Source of the DNA: Vicinamibacteria bacterium
GTDB taxonomy: Bacteria; Acidobacteriota; Vicinamibacteria; Fen-336
Reading direction: 5' to 3'
Length of the DNA stretch: 64,000 bases
Assembly: GCA_035570235.1 (NCBI GenBank)
Contig: DATMML010000001.1
Coordinates: 799-64,798, forward strand
In this document: piece by piece, positions 27,115 to 36,843 of the stretch
Position numbering within the stretch: position 1 is the first letter of the stretch
Layout: every line of letters begins with the position of its first letter
Notes under the pieces: model-generated
Databases searched by the model: none
What the model was told of the DNA's origin: nothing
Seen by the model: the letters and a program-made list of their open reading frames with translations, nothing else
Translations under genes and position numbers: made by a program

Positions 27115-28542
27115 CTAGATCTTGTCCGGCACCTTGAACCCCGCCCGGTATTCGCGGGTGAGGAGGCGGTTTGCTTCCGCCTCCCCCGGAAAGGTCTCCG
27201 TCTTCCCGTCGAACCGGAGGCTTTTTCCGACGCGGTAGGCGATGTTGGCGAGGTGGGGGAGGGCGGAGGAGATATGGCCCTCCTCGATGTCGCAGTTGAG
27301 CTTCTTGGGGTCTCCCGCGCGCACGGCGTCGATGAAGTTCCGGTAGTGCGGGGACTCGATGCTGGTTGGCGTCAGGGGGTCGCTGCCGCTCTCCCCGGGG
27401 GATGCCGTGCCCTTCGAGCCCGGCCCTTTTTCCTCGCTCCTGCCCAGATAGCTTTGCCAATCCCGGCCGTCGCCGTCGATGGAGAGCCAGCCCTTTGTCC
27501 CGTAGAAGAGGTTTCCGATGCGCTGGCCGCCCTCCGCGTTCGTCGCCGTCCCCCGGGTCGCGAACTCGAGCACCCGACCGTCCTCGTACTCGAAGAGCGC
27601 AGTCTGGACGTTCGGGGTCTCCTGCGAGGTCTCCCCCGTCTCGTAGAGGCCGCCGGAGGAGGAAATCCGCAAAGGATGAGTGGCGATGCCCAGGCCCCAG
27701 CGCGCGATGTCGAACTGGTGGGGGCCTTGGTTGCCGGTGTCGCCGTTGCCGGTGTCCCAGTGCCAGTGCCAGTTGTAGTGGAAGTGGTTCCGGTTGAAGG
27801 GACGGGCGGTCGCGGGCCCTAGCCAGAGATCGTAGTCGACCTTGGCCAGGTAGGCGGCGTCCCAGGCGGGCTCGTACTCCTTCGACTCGACGTTCAAGCG
27901 GTAGCGCTCTCCTTGAGCGAGGGGGCCGTCCGGGTAGCGGCCGATCAGCGGGCGGGGCTTGAAGCAGAGCCCGCGGGCCAGGTAGACCTTGCCCAGGCCA
28001 CCCTCGTGGAGGAAGCGGATGGCGTCCCGCACCGCCGGCCGGCTGCGGTTCATGGTTCCGACCTGGACGATCTTGTTGTACTTGCGCGCCGCCTCCACCA
28101 TCCGGCGGCCCTCGCTGACGTTGTGCGAGCACGGCTTCTCCACGAAAACGTGCTTGCCGGCCTGGATGGCCCAGATCGTGGCCAGGGCGTGCCAATGGTT
28201 GGGGGTGGCGATGATCACCGCGTCCACGTCCTTGTCGTCGAAGACCCGGCGCAGGTCCTTCTCGTAGCGGGGGCGGAAAGTGGGAACGTCGGCCAGCCGG
28301 GGATCGTTCGCCCGGGAGGCAAAGAGGTTTTCATCCACGTCGCAGAGCGTCTTGATCTCGACCCCGGAAAGGCGGGCGAACCCCCGCTTGAGGGCATTGC
28401 CCTGCCCGCGGATCCCGATCGAGGCCACCACCACCCGGTCGTTGGCCCCCAGCACGCGGGCCTGGCTGCGCGCCGTAGTCCCGAGGGCAACGCCCGCCGT
28501 TCCCAGCACCGTGGTCTTCAGGAAATCGCGTCGTGCCGTCAT
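27115..28542 (-). CDS. Gfo/Idh/MocA family oxidoreductase with a twin-arginine (Tat) signal
   Basis: The Tat signal is MTARRDFLKTTVLGTAGVALG. The Rossmann segment is VVVASIGIRGQG and the EKP motif is HVFVEKPCSH. The glycine-rich C-terminal half is typical of periplasmic members. Confidence 0.8.
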   Translation of the reverse strand: MTARRDFLKTTVLGTAGVALGTTARSQARVLGANDRVVVASIGIRGQGNALKRGFARLSGVEIKTLCDVDENLFASRANDPRLADVPTFRPRYEKDLRRVFDDKDVDAVIIATPNHWHALATIWAIQAGKHVFVEKPCSHNVSEGRRMVEAARKYNKIVQVGTMNRSRPAVRDAIRFLHEGGLGKVYLARGLCFKPRPLIGRYPDGPLAQGERYRLNVESKEYEPAWDAAYLAKVDYDLWLGPATARPFNRNHFHYNWHWHWDTGNGDTGNQGPHQFDIARWGLGIATHPLRISSSGGLYETGETSQETPNVQTALFEYEDGRVLEFATRGTATNAEGGQRIGNLFYGTKGWLSIDGDGRDWQSYLGRSEEKGPGSKGTASPGESGSDPLTPTSIESPHYRNFIDAVRAGDPKKLNCDIEEGHISSALPHLANIAYRVGKSLRFDGKTETFPGEAEANRLLTREYRAGFKVPDKI

Positions 28543-28698
28543 ACCGCCTCCTTGCGCCGCAGAGCTTGGCAGAGCTGATCGAGGATGGCAAGACGGGGGT
28601 GGCGCTCCCGGCGGCCTTGACCGAGCGGCGCCCAGGGACTAGCGTTGCCGCGACTAGGATGGATCGCGCTCGGCCCGACGCCCCTCGCGAGTCCCCCC

Positions 28699-29943
28699 AT
28701 GAGTGAGCCTTTCCCCCGCCGTGGATTCCTGGGAGCCCTAGCGGGCGTTGCCCTTTCCGCGGCGCGCGCGCCCGTGGTCCCTGGGGTCCCCCCGCCTACC
28801 GAGGCGGGCGACCGTGAATACTGGGTAGGACTGGCCCGACGGCTCGCCGATCCCATTCTCACCAACCTCGCGAACGGTACCCTGAGGGCGCGGATGCCCG
28901 TGGAGGAGGCGGCGGGCTCTGGACGAGGCGCGGTGACGCACCTGGAGGCGTTCGGCCGCCTGCTTGCGGGCCTGGCCCCCTGGCTCGAGCTTGCGGACGA
29001 CAGCAGTGCGGAGGGCGCCCTCCGCGCACAGTACGCGAGCCTGGCCCGGCGCGCCCTGGCCAGCGCCGTTGACCCCTCCTCCCCCGACTTCTTGAACTTC
29101 ACGCGCGAGCGCCAGCCGCTGGTGGACGCCGCCTTCCTCGCCCAGGGCCTGTTGCGCGCGCCGCGCGCCCTCACCGAGAGCCTCGACTCCGCCGTGCGGG
29201 GGAACCTCGTGCGCGCGCTCGAGTCAACGCGCGGCATCCAGCCCGCCTTCAGCAACTGGCTTCTCTTCCCGGCCATGGTGGAGGCGGGCCTGGCCCAGCT
29301 GGGGGCATGGTGGGACCCGGTGCGGGTGGACTACGCCCTGCACGAGCACCAGCAGTGGTACAAGGGCGACGGCATCTACGGAGACGGGCCCGACTTCCAC
29401 TGGGACTACTACAACAGCTTCGTCATCCAGCCCATGCTGCTCGACATCCTCGACGCGCGTGGATCGGCGGCCCCCGCCTGGCAGGCCATGAAAGGCCCGG
29501 CCCTGGCCCGGGCCCGACGCCACGCCGTCCAGCTCGAGCGGCTGATCTGCCCTGAGGGGACCTTCCCCGCCATCGGCCGCTCCCTGGCCTACCGGGTGGG
29601 GGCGTTCCACCTGCTGGCCCAGGTCGCCCTCCGCCGCGAGCTGCCTCCGACGGTTGCCCCTCCGCAGGTCCGGTCGGCCTTGACCGCGGTGATGCGACGC
29701 TCGCTGGATGCGGCCGGCACGTTCGATGACCAGGGATGGCTGCGGATTGGCTTCAGCGGGCATCAGCCCGGTGTTGGCGAGCGGTACATCTCGACGGGAA
29801 GCCTCTATCTTTGCGCGGTCGGCCTCCTTCCCCTCGGCCTCCCGCCCGGGGACGTCTTCTGGTCCGCGCCCTCCCAGGCATGGACCTCCAAGCGGGCGTG
29901 GTCGGGGCAGGAGTTCCCTATTGACACTGCCCTCTCCGAGTGA
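28699..29943 (+). CDS. DUF2264-like secreted protein (frequently associated with unsaturated-uronyl hydrolase loci)
   Basis: I placed the start at the ATG at 28699 (MSEPFPRRGFLGALAGVALSAARA, Tat-like signal). My family call rests on length and context and is tentative. Confidence 0.5.
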   Translation: MSEPFPRRGFLGALAGVALSAARAPVVPGVPPPTEAGDREYWVGLARRLADPILTNLANGTLRARMPVEEAAGSGRGAVTHLEAFGRLLAGLAPWLELADDSSAEGALRAQYASLARRALASAVDPSSPDFLNFTRERQPLVDAAFLAQGLLRAPRALTESLDSAVRGNLVRALESTRGIQPAFSNWLLFPAMVEAGLAQLGAWWDPVRVDYALHEHQQWYKGDGIYGDGPDFHWDYYNSFVIQPMLLDILDARGSAAPAWQAMKGPALARARRHAVQLERLICPEGTFPAIGRSLAYRVGAFHLLAQVALRRELPPTVAPPQVRSALTAVMRRSLDAAGTFDDQGWLRIGFSGHQPGVGERYISTGSLYLCAVGLLPLGLPPGDVFWSAPSQAWTSKRAWSGQEFPIDTALSE

Positions 29944-30024
29944 CCTCGGGCTTCGGCACGAGAAGGCCACCGCGGCCGGCGGTGTGCTGCGGCTCACTCG
30001 GGCCTTTACCGCCGGCGAGGCGTG

Positions 30025-31035
30025 TCAGGACGGGGGCCGGGTCGGCCCCTTTCCCGCTCCTGTGCCCGCGACGAGGGCGGCGATCGCGTCCAGCTCGTCG
30101 GCGTGCAGAGCGAGGTCCGCGCTTCCGATCCAGCCGTCCACCTGCTCCGGGGAGCGGGCGCCCACAATGGCGCCGGTGACGCCCGGCCAGGAGAGGGTCC
30201 AGGCCACGGCCAACGCAGCCACGGAGACCCCGAGCCGCGCGGCCAGGGGTCGGAGGGCGTCGCGCAAGGCGAGATTCGCATGGAGCCGCGGGGGCTGGAA
30301 CTCGCTCCCCCGGCGTCGCCAATCATCCGCGGCCATGGCGGCCACGCTCTCCGCGGTGAAGCGGTCGGTGAGGAGGCCCGACTGCATGGGGCTGTAGACG
30401 ATGACGCCAGTACCGTGGGCGGCGCACCAGGGAATCTCCTCCGCGGCCGCCGCGCGCTGGATGAGCGAGAAGGGGGGCTGCAGAGAGTCCACGCTCCGCA
30501 AGGAAGCGCACCGTTCGAGGAGGGGGACGCGGAAGTTGGAGACGCCGATGGCGCGCACCTTGCCTTGCTCGACCAGCTTCACCATGGCCGCCCACGAATC
30601 CTCGGTCGCCACCCCGCCCGCATCGGGCCAGTGGCACTGGAAAAGGTCGAGCCGCTCCACGCCGAGCCGGCGCAGGGAGTCCTCGCATTCGCGGGCAATC
30701 AAGTCAGGATGAAGGCTGCGCCGGGCCTGCACCATGGGGTGCTGGGGGTCCCACTGCAGGCCACACTTGGTGAAGACGTAGGGCCGCTCGCGGCCGGGCA
30801 GCTCGCGGAGGACCTGGCCCACGAGTTCCTCGGAGTGCCCGAGGCCGTACACGGCCGCGGTGTCAATCCAGTTGACGCCGAGGCTCACGGCTCGGCGCAT
30901 GGCGGCGCGCGAGGCGGCGTCATCCTGGGGCCCCCAACCGAAGGCCCAGCCCCCGCCCCCCGCCGCCCAAGCCCCGAAGCCAACGGCGGTGATTTCGAGA
31001 TCGCTTTTCCCGAGTCGCCGCTTCTTCAGGGTCAG
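30025..31035 (-). CDS. aldo/keto reductase
   Basis: The AKR core runs LTLKKRRLGKSDLEITAVGFGAWAAGGGGW...IDTAAVYGLGHSEELVG...VTGAIVGARSPEQV. There is no ATG/GTG/TTG between the conserved N-terminus and the divergent upstream gene. The nearest candidate initiator is a CTG (31035 or 31029) directly after ACGGGGAGG. The 145 upstream codons in the track ORF overlap the divergent gene and look non-coding. Confidence 0.7.
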   Translation of the reverse strand: MTLKKRRLGKSDLEITAVGFGAWAAGGGGWAFGWGPQDDAASRAAMRRAVSLGVNWIDTAAVYGLGHSEELVGQVLRELPGRERPYVFTKCGLQWDPQHPMVQARRSLHPDLIARECEDSLRRLGVERLDLFQCHWPDAGGVATEDSWAAMVKLVEQGKVRAIGVSNFRVPLLERCASLRSVDSLQPPFSLIQRAAAAEEIPWCAAHGTGVIVYSPMQSGLLTDRFTAESVAAMAADDWRRRGSEFQPPRLHANLALRDALRPLAARLGVSVAALAVAWTLSWPGVTGAIVGARSPEQVDGWIGSADLALHADELDAIAALVAGTGAGKGPTRPPS

Positions 31036-31179
31036 GTTCCTCCCCGTGGAGCCGGATATTACCTCGGCCTGACCTCGCCCGTTGAGCGAGGGGGCGAGGG
31101 GGCCCGGCGGACCGCGGCAACACGCCTGTCGGCAGCCGTTTGACGCAGGCGGGTCGCTGATATAGCTTCCGCGCCGAAC

Positions 31180-32577
31180 ATGGGCGGAGCAATGCGCCGC
31201 TGGGTGTTCTTGACCGCGATGCCCGCGCTTGCCTTGGGCGCCGCCGGTGCTGCGGGTCCGGAAGGAGGGCCCGAGGCGCCCGTCCGCCTCATCACCCTCG
31301 ATCCCGGGCACTTTCACGCGGCCCTCATCCAGAAGGACACGTATCCGGAGGTGTCGGATACGGTCCACGTGTACGCCCCCCTCGGCCCGGACCTCATCGC
31401 GCACCTCTCGCGGATCTCCCAGTTCAACCAACGCGGGGAGCACCCCACCCGCTGGCGCATGGAAATCCACACCGGCCCGGACTTTCAGGAGAAGATGCTC
31501 AAAGAACGCCCGGGTAACGTGGTGGTCCTTTCCGGTCGCAACCAGGGCAAGATCGACCGCATCCTGGCCTGCCTGAACGCGGGGCTCAACGTGCTCGCAG
31601 ACAAGCCCTGGATCATCGCGGCCGCCAACCTTCCCAAGCTGGAGGCGGCGCTGGACACCGCGGAAGCGAAGGGCCTCGTCGCCTACGACGTGATGACCGA
31701 GCGGTACGAGATCACGACCATCCTACAAAAGGAGCTCTTGGCCGATGCCGCGGTGAGCGGAGGCATCGTGAGCGGCACCGAACAGGAGCCGGCAGTCTTC
31801 ATGGAGAGCGTCCACCAGCTCATGAAGACCGTGGCCGGAGTGCCCAACCTGCGCCCGGCCTGGTTCTTCGACACGGGCGAGCAGGGAGAGGCCCTGGCCG
31901 ACGTCGGCACCCATCTCGTGGACCTAGTTCCGTGGATGCTATTCCCGCAGCAGCCCCTGGACTATCGTCGGGATATCCGTCTGCTCTCGGCCCGGGGCTG
32001 GCCAACCGTCCTCACCCGCGCCGACTTCGAGCGGGTAACGGGGGATAGAGGCTTTCCCCCCATCCTGGCCCCCTGGCTCAAGGGCGATGAGCTTCGATAC
32101 CGCGCCAACACGCACGTGTCCTACACGCTGCGCGGCGTCCACGTGCAGCTTCGGGTGCGCTGGAACTATGAGCCTCCCGAGGGCTCCGGCGACACTCACT
32201 TCGCGGTCGTCCGGGGAAGCCGGGCCCGGCTCGAGGTGCGGCAGGGCCCCGACCAGAAATACCGGACCGAGCTTTACGTCGTCCCCGCGCGCGCGGCGGA
32301 CAAGGGAGTGGTGCGGACCGCCCTCGAGAGGAGGCTCGCCCAGCTTCAAGCGCGCTTCCCCGGCCTGGGGATCGAGGATCAGGGCCAGGAGATCCGGGTC
32401 CTGGTGCCCGACGGCCTGCGAACGAACCACGAGTCCCACTTCGCACAAGTGACGGCCCGTTTCCTGGCCTACCTAAAGGACCCCCGGAGCGTACCCGCCT
32501 GGGAGAAGGCCAACATGCTCGCCAAGTACTTCGTCACCACCGGGGGCACGGAGCTGAGCCGCTCCGCAGCTCCTTAA
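31180..32577 (+). CDS. secreted oxidoreductase with a Gfo/Idh/MocA-like N-terminal Rossmann domain and a C-terminal 'oxidoreductase C-terminal' domain
   Basis: The signal peptide is MRRWVFLTAMPALALGAAGAAG. The Rossmann segment is VVVLSGRNQGKIDRILACLNAGLNVLADKPW (DKP in place of EKP). An alternative start lies at 31192. Confidence 0.55.
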   Translation: MGGAMRRWVFLTAMPALALGAAGAAGPEGGPEAPVRLITLDPGHFHAALIQKDTYPEVSDTVHVYAPLGPDLIAHLSRISQFNQRGEHPTRWRMEIHTGPDFQEKMLKERPGNVVVLSGRNQGKIDRILACLNAGLNVLADKPWIIAAANLPKLEAALDTAEAKGLVAYDVMTERYEITTILQKELLADAAVSGGIVSGTEQEPAVFMESVHQLMKTVAGVPNLRPAWFFDTGEQGEALADVGTHLVDLVPWMLFPQQPLDYRRDIRLLSARGWPTVLTRADFERVTGDRGFPPILAPWLKGDELRYRANTHVSYTLRGVHVQLRVRWNYEPPEGSGDTHFAVVRGSRARLEVRQGPDQKYRTELYVVPARAADKGVVRTALERRLAQLQARFPGLGIEDQGQEIRVLVPDGLRTNHESHFAQVTARFLAYLKDPRSVPAWEKANMLAKYFVTTGGTELSRSAAP

Positions 32578-32870
32578 GGGGCTCTCGACACCACGACCCC
32601 ACGGTAACAGCAGCGCAATCAACGCTTTGCCGCCAAGGTCCACTACGGCTGGAAGCGAGCCGATATGATATATGAAAATCCTTGACGTCCTCCCACCGTT
32701 CGCGCTAGGGTTCGCCCCACAAGTTCCGCCGAAAGTGAATGCCGCCGCTAACGGATGACATCGACCCGGCCGCGATACGGCCCGGGCGAGACGCAAGCTG
32801 GAAGAAGCTCTCGCGGGGCCCCCGCGTGGGTCGGCGCAGGATCACGCACGTAAACGGTGGAGGACGCGAT

Positions 32871-35800
32871 ATGAAGAGAAGCCGATGGGCCTGCAGGTTC
32901 CTCGTCCTTGGCTTGCCCCTGGTGGCCGCGGTGCTGTGCCTCGCGCCCCCTCCGCTGGGGGCGCAGGCGGTCACCGGCACCGTCCTGGGCACGGTGCGGG
33001 ATTCCAGCGGCGGCGCGCTCGCCGGCGCCAGCGTCACCCTGGTCAATGAGGGGACGGGGTTCTCGCGGACCGTCGTTACGGACGCGAGTGGAGAGTACGC
33101 AGCCCCGCTCATGCCGACGGGCGACTACACCGTTACCTGCGAGATGAGCGGCTTCAAGAAGGTGACCGTCGCCAACGTCCATGTCGGCGTCGACCAGAAG
33201 GTAAAAACCGACGTCAAGCTCGAGCTGGGCCAGATGTCGGAGGCGGTCACGATCCAGGCCGAGACCCCCCTCATCCAGACGAGCAGCTCCGAACTGGGGA
33301 CTACGGTCGCGAACACACAGATCGAGGCCCTCCCCTTGAACGGGCGCAACTTCGTGAGCCTGACGCGCACCATCCCGGGCGTGCTGCGGCCGCCCCCGGG
33401 TGCGAACATCGACGGCGCGGGTTCGCTGGCCTGGCGGGCGGGATCCGGCTTCTCGGCCAATGGCCAACGCGCGCGCGACAACAGCTACCTGCTCGACGGC
33501 GTCGACAACAACGAGACCTGGCTCCAAACCGTCGTGGTCTTCCCGAGCATCGAAGCCCTCGACGAGTTCAAGATGCAGACGAGCACTTACTCGGCCGAGT
33601 TCGGCAAGTCGCTGGGCGGCGTCGTGAACATCCAGATCAAGTCCGGAGCGAATCAGGTCCACGGCGACGCCTTCGATTTCGAGCGCAACTCCGCCCTGGA
33701 CGCGAACAACTTCTTCAACAACCGCGCGGGACGGGCCAAACCCGAGTTCAAGCAGCACCAATTCGGCGCGACCCTGGGGGGGCCGATCATCAGCGACCGG
33801 GCCTTCTTCTTCGCCGACTACCAGGGCACCCGAATCAACCAGGGCCAGACCTACGTCTCGACCGTCCCCTCAGACCTCATGCGGCAGGGAAACTTCTCGG
33901 AGATCAACCGGGTGATCTACGACCCCCTCACGGGCCAGCCGTTCCCGGGGAATATCATTCCCACCAGCAGGTTCGACCCCGCCTCCGCCAACATCATCAA
34001 CCAGCTCTACCCGCAGGCCAACTCGGCGGGAACGCGCGCCAGCAACGGGCAAACCATCAGCAACTACGTCATCAACCCCGTGCTGGAGCGGCAGGACAAC
34101 CAATTCGATGTCAAGCTCGACGACAACATCTCCAGCAACAACCACGCCTTCGTCCGCTACAGCTTCGAGAAGACACACCGCTTCCTGCCCGCCACATTGC
34201 CCCACGGCGACGCCGGCTTCACCTTCGGAGCCGGCAACGGAAACATCAAGGCCCAGAGTCTTGCCTTCAACGACGCCCATTCGTTCAGCCCGAGCCTCAT
34301 AAACGAATTCCGTTTCGGTTGGAGCGCGGTGAGCTTCCTCAACACCCCCATCGACTACGGGACCAACCCCGCCTCCGCGGTGGGCATCCCCGGCATCAAC
34401 CTCAACCAGTCCACGTCCGCCATGACGCAGTTGCTCTTCCGCGGCTCGGGCGGGGCGCGCGACCTCGGCGCCAACAGCAACGTGCCCCTCATCACGAACC
34501 AGAACGATTTCCAGATCTTCGACAGCATCACGCGGGTCTCGGGACGACACACCATGAAGGCGGGCGGGAGCATCACCTGGCGCTCACGGGAGATCCTGAA
34601 CGCGGACACGATCGTCGGCCAGTTCGTCTTCGACAACAACCCGACGTCCAACTGCGGCGGCATCCTGAGCGGGTGCAAGGTGAACTCGGCAACCGGGTTC
34701 GACGTGGCCAGCTTCCTGCTCGGATACGCCAGCCAGAAGAATCGGAACCTCTTCGACGCCAAGACCTACACCGAGAAGCGGCCCGAGTACGCCCTCTACA
34801 CGCAGGACGACTGGCGGGCGACGAGCAAACTTACCCTGAACATGGGATTGCGGTGGGACCTCTTCGTGCCCTGGGTGGAAGCGAACGACCGGCAGTCCAA
34901 CTTCGACGTGACCACCGGCAAGTTCGTGCTCGCCTCCCCGAACGCCGTGATGGGTGGCGTCAACGTGGGCCGCTACCTCCAGACCTACTCGAACACGGAC
35001 TTCGGGCCGCGCTTCGGGTTCGCCTACGACCTGACCGGCGACGGCAAGACCGTACTCCGCGGAGGTGTGGGCGTCTTCTGGAACTTCACGCCCGGAGGGA
35101 CGTCCTCGTCGAAGGCCCAGAATCCGCCGTTCCTTCAGTCCACCGCGCTGCGGAATGGCAGCTTCGGGATCAACCTGAAGGTCTCGGACGGCCTGCCGCT
35201 GCCTCCGGGCGTCAACCCGAACCTTCCCCCCGCCGGCTCCACGCGGTCGGTCTTCGATCGCGACTTCCGCGACGCCTATTCGACCAACTTCAACATCAAC
35301 GTGCAGCGGCAGCTCGGTCGGGACTACGTATTGGAGGTCGCCTACGTGGGCTCGCGCGCCCGGCAGATGCTGGTCAAGACGAACGAGAACCAGGCCCCGC
35401 CCGTCCTGGGCGTGACCAACCCCAACATCAACCGGCCCTTCTTCAGCATCGATCCTGCCCTGGGCGACTTGGGGACGGTCAGCAGCATCGGCTTCCTCAA
35501 CTACAACGGGCTGCTCGTCAAGTTCCAGCGGCGCTTCGCCAACGGCTTCTCGTTCATGAACTCCTACACCTACGGTCTGGCCATCGACCTCGCCTCCGAC
35601 AACGACGGCGGAGTGGCCCTGACCAACACCTACAACCCGGCCTACAACCGCGGCCCCGCGGACTACGACGTCAAGCACACGTTCGTCTCGAACTGGATCT
35701 ACGCGCTTCCCTTCGGCAAAGAGAGCAAGTGGGGGGGCTGGCAGGTCAGCGGGATCCTGTATGCGCGGACCGGCCGCGCCCTGACCATCACACAATCGCA

Positions 35801-36215
35801 GGCCGTACTGTCCACCGGAACCAACGCCAGCCAGCAACAGAACAACCGTCCGAACCGCATCGGCGATGGCCGCGCCGCCAATCCGACCATCGACCAGTGG
35901 TTCGACCCGACCGCCTTCCAGATGGTGCCCGAGACCACGGCGACGTATGGCAACGCGGGCCGGAACATCATGCGGGGGCCGGGCTATTTCGACATCGACC
36001 TCAACCTGGTCAAGCTCACGAAGTTCGGACGCGTCGAGCACGAGCTCCGAGTCGAGGCCTTCAACATCCTGAACCACCCGGCGTTCGCCGACCCGGGCAC
36101 CACGTTCGGCACCTCCAGCTTCGGGGTCATCTCCGCCATGCTGGCCAACCCGGCATGCGCCACGTGCGGGACCACGGAGCGGCAGATCCAGTTGTCGATG
36201 AAGCTCAGGTTCTAG
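32871..36215 (+). CDS. TonB-dependent outer-membrane receptor with an N-terminal carboxypeptidase-regulatory-like domain (Acidobacteria-type giant)
   Basis: I trimmed to the ATG at 32871, which follows GGTGGAGG. The signal peptide is MKRSRWACRFLVLGLPLVAAVLCLA. The CarbopepD_reg-like domain is GTVRDSSGGALAGASVTLVNEGTGFSRTVVTDASGEYAA. The plug is LPLNGRNFVSLTRTIPGV. The 1114-aa beta-barrel ends in ...QLSMKLRF. Confidence 0.85.
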   Translation: MKRSRWACRFLVLGLPLVAAVLCLAPPPLGAQAVTGTVLGTVRDSSGGALAGASVTLVNEGTGFSRTVVTDASGEYAAPLMPTGDYTVTCEMSGFKKVTVANVHVGVDQKVKTDVKLELGQMSEAVTIQAETPLIQTSSSELGTTVANTQIEALPLNGRNFVSLTRTIPGVLRPPPGANIDGAGSLAWRAGSGFSANGQRARDNSYLLDGVDNNETWLQTVVVFPSIEALDEFKMQTSTYSAEFGKSLGGVVNIQIKSGANQVHGDAFDFERNSALDANNFFNNRAGRAKPEFKQHQFGATLGGPIISDRAFFFADYQGTRINQGQTYVSTVPSDLMRQGNFSEINRVIYDPLTGQPFPGNIIPTSRFDPASANIINQLYPQANSAGTRASNGQTISNYVINPVLERQDNQFDVKLDDNISSNNHAFVRYSFEKTHRFLPATLPHGDAGFTFGAGNGNIKAQSLAFNDAHSFSPSLINEFRFGWSAVSFLNTPIDYGTNPASAVGIPGINLNQSTSAMTQLLFRGSGGARDLGANSNVPLITNQNDFQIFDSITRVSGRHTMKAGGSITWRSREILNADTIVGQFVFDNNPTSNCGGILSGCKVNSATGFDVASFLLGYASQKNRNLFDAKTYTEKRPEYALYTQDDWRATSKLTLNMGLRWDLFVPWVEANDRQSNFDVTTGKFVLASPNAVMGGVNVGRYLQTYSNTDFGPRFGFAYDLTGDGKTVLRGGVGVFWNFTPGGTSSSKAQNPPFLQSTALRNGSFGINLKVSDGLPLPPGVNPNLPPAGSTRSVFDRDFRDAYSTNFNINVQRQLGRDYVLEVAYVGSRARQMLVKTNENQAPPVLGVTNPNINRPFFSIDPALGDLGTVSSIGFLNYNGLLVKFQRRFANGFSFMNSYTYGLAIDLASDNDGGVALTNTYNPAYNRGPADYDVKHTFVSNWIYALPFGKESKWGGWQVSGILYARTGRALTITQSQAVLSTGTNASQQQNNRPNRIGDGRAANPTIDQWFDPTAFQMVPETTATYGNAGRNIMRGPGYFDIDLNLVKLTKFGRVEHELRVEAFNILNHPAFADPGTTFGTSSFGVISAMLANPACATCGTTERQIQLSMKLRF

Positions 36216-36235
36216 GCGGCGCTTACCCCACGGCT

Positions 36236-36280
36236 CCCCGTCCCAGCAACACTCCCGACGAGGGGAGTACTGGGACGGGG
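36236..36280. terminator. GC-rich perfect 11-bp inverted repeat (CCCCGTCCCAG ... CTGGGACGGGG) with a nested inner repeat, 21 nt after the TonB-receptor stop
   Basis: The inverted repeat is visible directly in the sequence. It has no T-tract, as is common in high-GC genomes. It sits between the receptor gene and the DoxX start. Confidence 0.45.
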
Positions 36281-36324
36281 GCCCATTGATCAACCCTGAC
36301 CGACCCCCGGCCCGAAGGAGCCCC

Positions 36325-36843
36325 GTGACCGGCCCTCAACAGCTCGCCCTCGTGCTGCTGCGCACCCTGGTGGGGTGGCACTTCTTCTACGAGGGCCTGT
36401 TCAAGCTCTCCTGGCCGGCCTGGGGCCGCGACGGCGTGCCCCTCGCGCGCTGGAGCTCCGCAGCCTATCTGCACGCGGCCACCGGCCCCCTGGCCGGTCT
36501 CTTGCACGGCCTCGCGAGCTCGAGGCTGCTTCCCGCCGTAGACCGCATCCTACCCCTGGCCCTGCTGGCGGTCGGGCTGTCGCTCCTGCTCGGTGTCTTT
36601 ACGAGGGCGGGCTGCGTGGGGGCGCTGCTCCTGCTGGGGCTCTTCTATGTCTCCGCCATCCCGACCGCGGGCGTGCCCCAGGCGGGGACGGAGGGGGCCT
36701 ATCTTCTCGTTAACAAGAACCTGGTGGAGGGCGCAGCGGTGTTCGTGCTCATGGCCTTCGGGACCCAGCGCATCGCGGGCCTGGATCTGCTCTGGGAGGG
36801 CCGAGCGCGTCCCCGGGGGCAAGCGGAGGGAACGGCTACATGA
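36325..36843 (+). CDS. DoxX family membrane protein
   Basis: [18 protein letters not shown] is the DoxX signature helix. I chose the GTG at 36325, preceded by CGAAGGAGCCCC, over the TTG that opens the track ORF. Confidence 0.65.
   Translation: MTGPQQLALVLLRTLVGWHFFYEGLFKLSWPAWGRDGVPLARWSSAAYLHAATGPLAGLLHGLASSRLLPAVDRILPLALLAVGLSLLLGVFTRAGCVGALLLLGLFYVSAIPTAGVPQAGTEGAYLLVNKNLVEGAAVFVLMAFGTQRIAGLDLLWEGRARPRGQAEGTAT

Noticed and set aside
34584-36293. A 569-aa minus-strand ORF inside the TonB-dependent receptor gene. The 656-aa plus-strand ORF 34319..36289 is a similar case.
   Set aside because: These are alternative or antisense frames of the 1114-aa receptor gene. Their products are Arg/Gly/Pro-rich.
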